A stretch of DNA of 64,000 nt. Origin: Lama glama (taxonomy: Eukaryota). Below the pieces are notes generated by a model that made no database searches, was not told the origin of the DNA, and saw nothing but the letters and a program-made list of their open reading frames with translations. The position numbers and the translations under genes are program-made. The stretch is from contig CM052817.1 of NCBI GenBank assembly GCA_028534125.1, positions 42,782,001-42,846,000 of the forward strand, read 5' to 3'. Positions 61,092 through 64,000 of the stretch are shown in pieces. Position 1 is the first letter of the stretch. The number at the start of each line of letters is the position of its first letter.

Positions 61092-62574
61092 AGATTGTAT
61101 CTAGCATGGTTTTAAATCTTGGTTTTTTGTTCATGCAGTACTTTCCCTGTTTACTCTGCCAAGGGATGGTAGTAGAAAAAAGCCTAACCCTATGCTTTGG
61201 GGGAAAAAAAAAATCAGACAATGGCCAATATTATTACCTCAACACCAGTTTTATGGCAAAGGGACCATGCTGTCCAATCTCAGGCGTTCTTCAACAGTTT
61301 TCATTCGGAGTTCGAAAGGCAGTAGCTTTCCATAGCCTTCCAAGTGAGCCTGGGGAGGCCAGTTCACTAGGGCTCCCTGCAGTTCTAACAGAACATGTAC
61401 AAGCTGATCGGCATCCCAGTGCCTGCCACTGGGGCTGTATGAAAACGCAGCCTCACTAATAGAAGCACAATATGCAAGATGCCAGTGCATCTCTGTGATT
61501 TACAATATGTCAATGTGCAAGCCCAACGAAGAGGTTTGTTGTCTACCATAAAACCAGATGGATGTAAGCAGTGATTAGAAGCAATTAACTCTGTTCAGCA
61601 CTAAATAACTTTCCAGCATTAATGTACATTTTTCCACCTCATTAGAGGTACGGAGGAGAGCATGAGGTAAGGAGCACTCAATTTGAATTTCAGATATGCA
61701 TATGTTTTCAGGAAAAAACCCACAAATTTGCAAGGAAAACAGAATACACGTTAATAAAAGCCTTGCTTTGAAGTCATTTTTGTTCCATCAGTCCTGGCAT
61801 GGGCACTCAATTTTACCAGCCATCCACCAGGCCTTACGTGAATACGAAACACATGAAGTTAAGGTCTGGTAAGAGACACAAGTAGTTATCAAAAAACAGG
61901 TGATAACTGACATAGTTTTTTTTTTGTTTTGCTTCTAGTATAATAAACTGTGCTTTTGATGACTGGTAATGTCATTTAAAAGGATAAATCTAGAAAGTAT
62001 GTTGATTCTCTAAGATAGAAGAGTTTTCCAATTGATATCATTAATTCAGAAGTAAACGTGTTATACCCCCCCAAAAAACTTTCAAAATCACTGACTTCTT
62101 AAAATATTGTAGAGCATATTCTAGGTCACATGTTTAAAATGAAATATTAAATGAATAAAGGAAATACACTATGATCACAAATATATAAAGAAACAAACTC
62201 AGGAAAAATATTAGAAAGAAATACTAGACATAAAATAGTATTAATGGCTATTCTAGACAATAGAATTCTAGATAATGTTTCCTTTATTATTCTTATTCAT
62301 ATTTCCAACTTTTCTGTAATATACAATTATTTGTTCATTTATCTCTTACTCTGCTCCTTAAAGGATCAGGCATAGCTTAAACAGTAAAGATAATCAAGTT
62401 AGTAGGTGTTTTATTTTGTGTGTATAAATGAACATAAGGAAGTATTAAAGCTGAGTGGTTAACAACTCGTGATTTGTGTATATTTATTTCCCTTAGATAA
62501 CTATAAATGAATACTTATTGTTTATCAAAGTCAGTGATTTTTTTTTCTTAAAGTGAATTTTTTTAATGATACCA

Positions 62575-62690
62575 ATAGTTAATGTGTATAGTACTTGCTC
62601 TTTGCCAGGTATTATACTAAGTAATTTATACCTATTCACTCAATTAATCCTCACACAGTAATCCTATGAAGTAAGAACTCTAATTATAAA
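62575..62690 (-). mobile_element. MIR fragment
   Basis: tgccaggtattatactaagtaatttatacctattcactcaattaatcctcacacagtaatcctatgaagtaag. Confidence 0.75.
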
Positions 62691-62936
62691 TAATATGGTA
62701 AAAAAAAAACCACGATAAAAAATCATGGTTAATTTAAAGCTATCAATGATTTATCAACCAGACTGCAAAATTTCTGAAAATGTATCTATCAGCTCGAAAA
62801 ACCAATCCATGCCAGCTCCAGCACATTATTGTTTATTAAAGGCTTATCTGCACGTTTTGCAGAGCTGGGCATGCTATAAATAAGTGTAAATATAAACAGC
62901 TCTGTTTCTAAAATGATGTCATCAATATGTATGCTA

Positions 62937-63462
62937 TGGTAGACACTGTTGATTGGTTCCCAGTATCTGCCTCCTTTTTTTCTCCCATTTCTTTTTCCTA
63001 AAAGAATTTGATTTTGCACAATGTCCAGTCCTTCTCCTACCCCAGAGGTGAGGCATTCTGATGCATTTAAGCTGGGAAGAGTTCAGCCTTCGTCAGAAGT
63101 TATTATTAGTCAAAAAATGGATGTGTGACTTAAGCTGGCCTAAACAGACTAAAGAGAAGCACGTATACTCCACACTTTGACAAGCGTACTTCTAACACTC
63201 CTGTTGTTTGTGAACAGAGAGGCATGTAATGACTTGTCCGATGGCTAAAGGCAAGTCATTTTAAAACAAGGAGTGGAACAATATTGCGGCTGAAGTCGAG
63301 GCTAAGGGAGGCAGAGAGAAACAAGAAATGTGAGTCCCTGATAACATCTCTGGGGCACTCATCTACACTAAATCTCATGTGAGATTATCAACGCCATCAT
63401 TATCTAAGCAGGTGGAGTTGGAGTTTCTTTTACTTAAAGCCAAAAACATCTAAACTAATACA
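62937..63462 (+). mobile_element. MaLR LTR (MLT1-type)
   Basis: tggtagacactgttgattggttccc...ggatgtgtgacttaagctggcc...gagttggagtttcttttacttaaagccaaaaacatctaaactaataca. Confidence 0.7.
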
Positions 63463-64000
63463 GGCTTAAACTTAGAGAATGACACGATAAACTGTGTGAT
63501 GGATGCATCTAGTTTATGAGCTCAAGCCAGGCTTACCTATCAGTATATAAATCCTAAAGGCTCGCTACACATTTTACGTCTTCTGGTTTTGGTGTCAGAG
63601 GATCTTGTGAAAAGAAGTAAGAGGTAAGTAAGGTAAATGAGGTAGAGGTGGATGAAAAAACAGCATTATCTTCCTTGCACTCAGTCAAGGAATCACATAG
63701 AGGAGAATGATTGTGAAAATACTTTTAAAGGAGGAAAACAATGCTAAGGGATGGTGGGAAGTGAATTCTTGTGTAAGAAATACTACCTGTGAAAGTGAGC
63801 GATTGTAACTGAGTAGAGTTAGTTACTGAGAGCATATCAAAAATAAGTGGAGAAGTGAGGAATAAAAGTTCTACGCACAGACTTTTACCTAATTTAAAGT
63901 CAACATGATATAGAAATAAATAGCCGGATCTTATTGAGAAAGATCATTAGACAAATGACCCCCTCTCTCACACACAATATCTCAGCATATATGCTATAAA

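Overview
AT-rich, CpG-depleted placental-mammal genomic DNA, most likely camelid (Camelus/Vicugna), judged from the 3' UTRs of the youngest LINE-1 copies. I could not confidently identify any protein-coding exon, so the window reads as a large intron or intergenic region. Much of it is interspersed repeat: L1 of several ages, L2, MIR, MaLR/MLT1 LTRs, a decayed ERVL provirus with integrase and dUTPase remnants, and two hAT DNA transposons. There is one 500-N assembly gap (49490-49989). The only ORF-track peptides I recognise are L1 ORF2p and ERVL pol/dUTPase fragments. The best-supported unusual observations are: (i) an L1 3' transduction with its own AATAAA and second poly(A) (11320-11909); (ii) a young L1 nested in an older L1 with a 13-bp TSD; (iii) a 30-nt templated insertion with direct and inverted pieces in a young L1; (iv) several perfect short hairpins and tandem duplications; (v) CTCF and RFX-type motifs; and (vi) minus-strand exon-like segments near the left end that may belong to a lncRNA or 5' UTR. 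I found no convincing novel biological system. Repeat subfamily names come from recalled consensus sequences and need Dfam/RepeatMasker confirmation; boundaries of old repeats are approximate.
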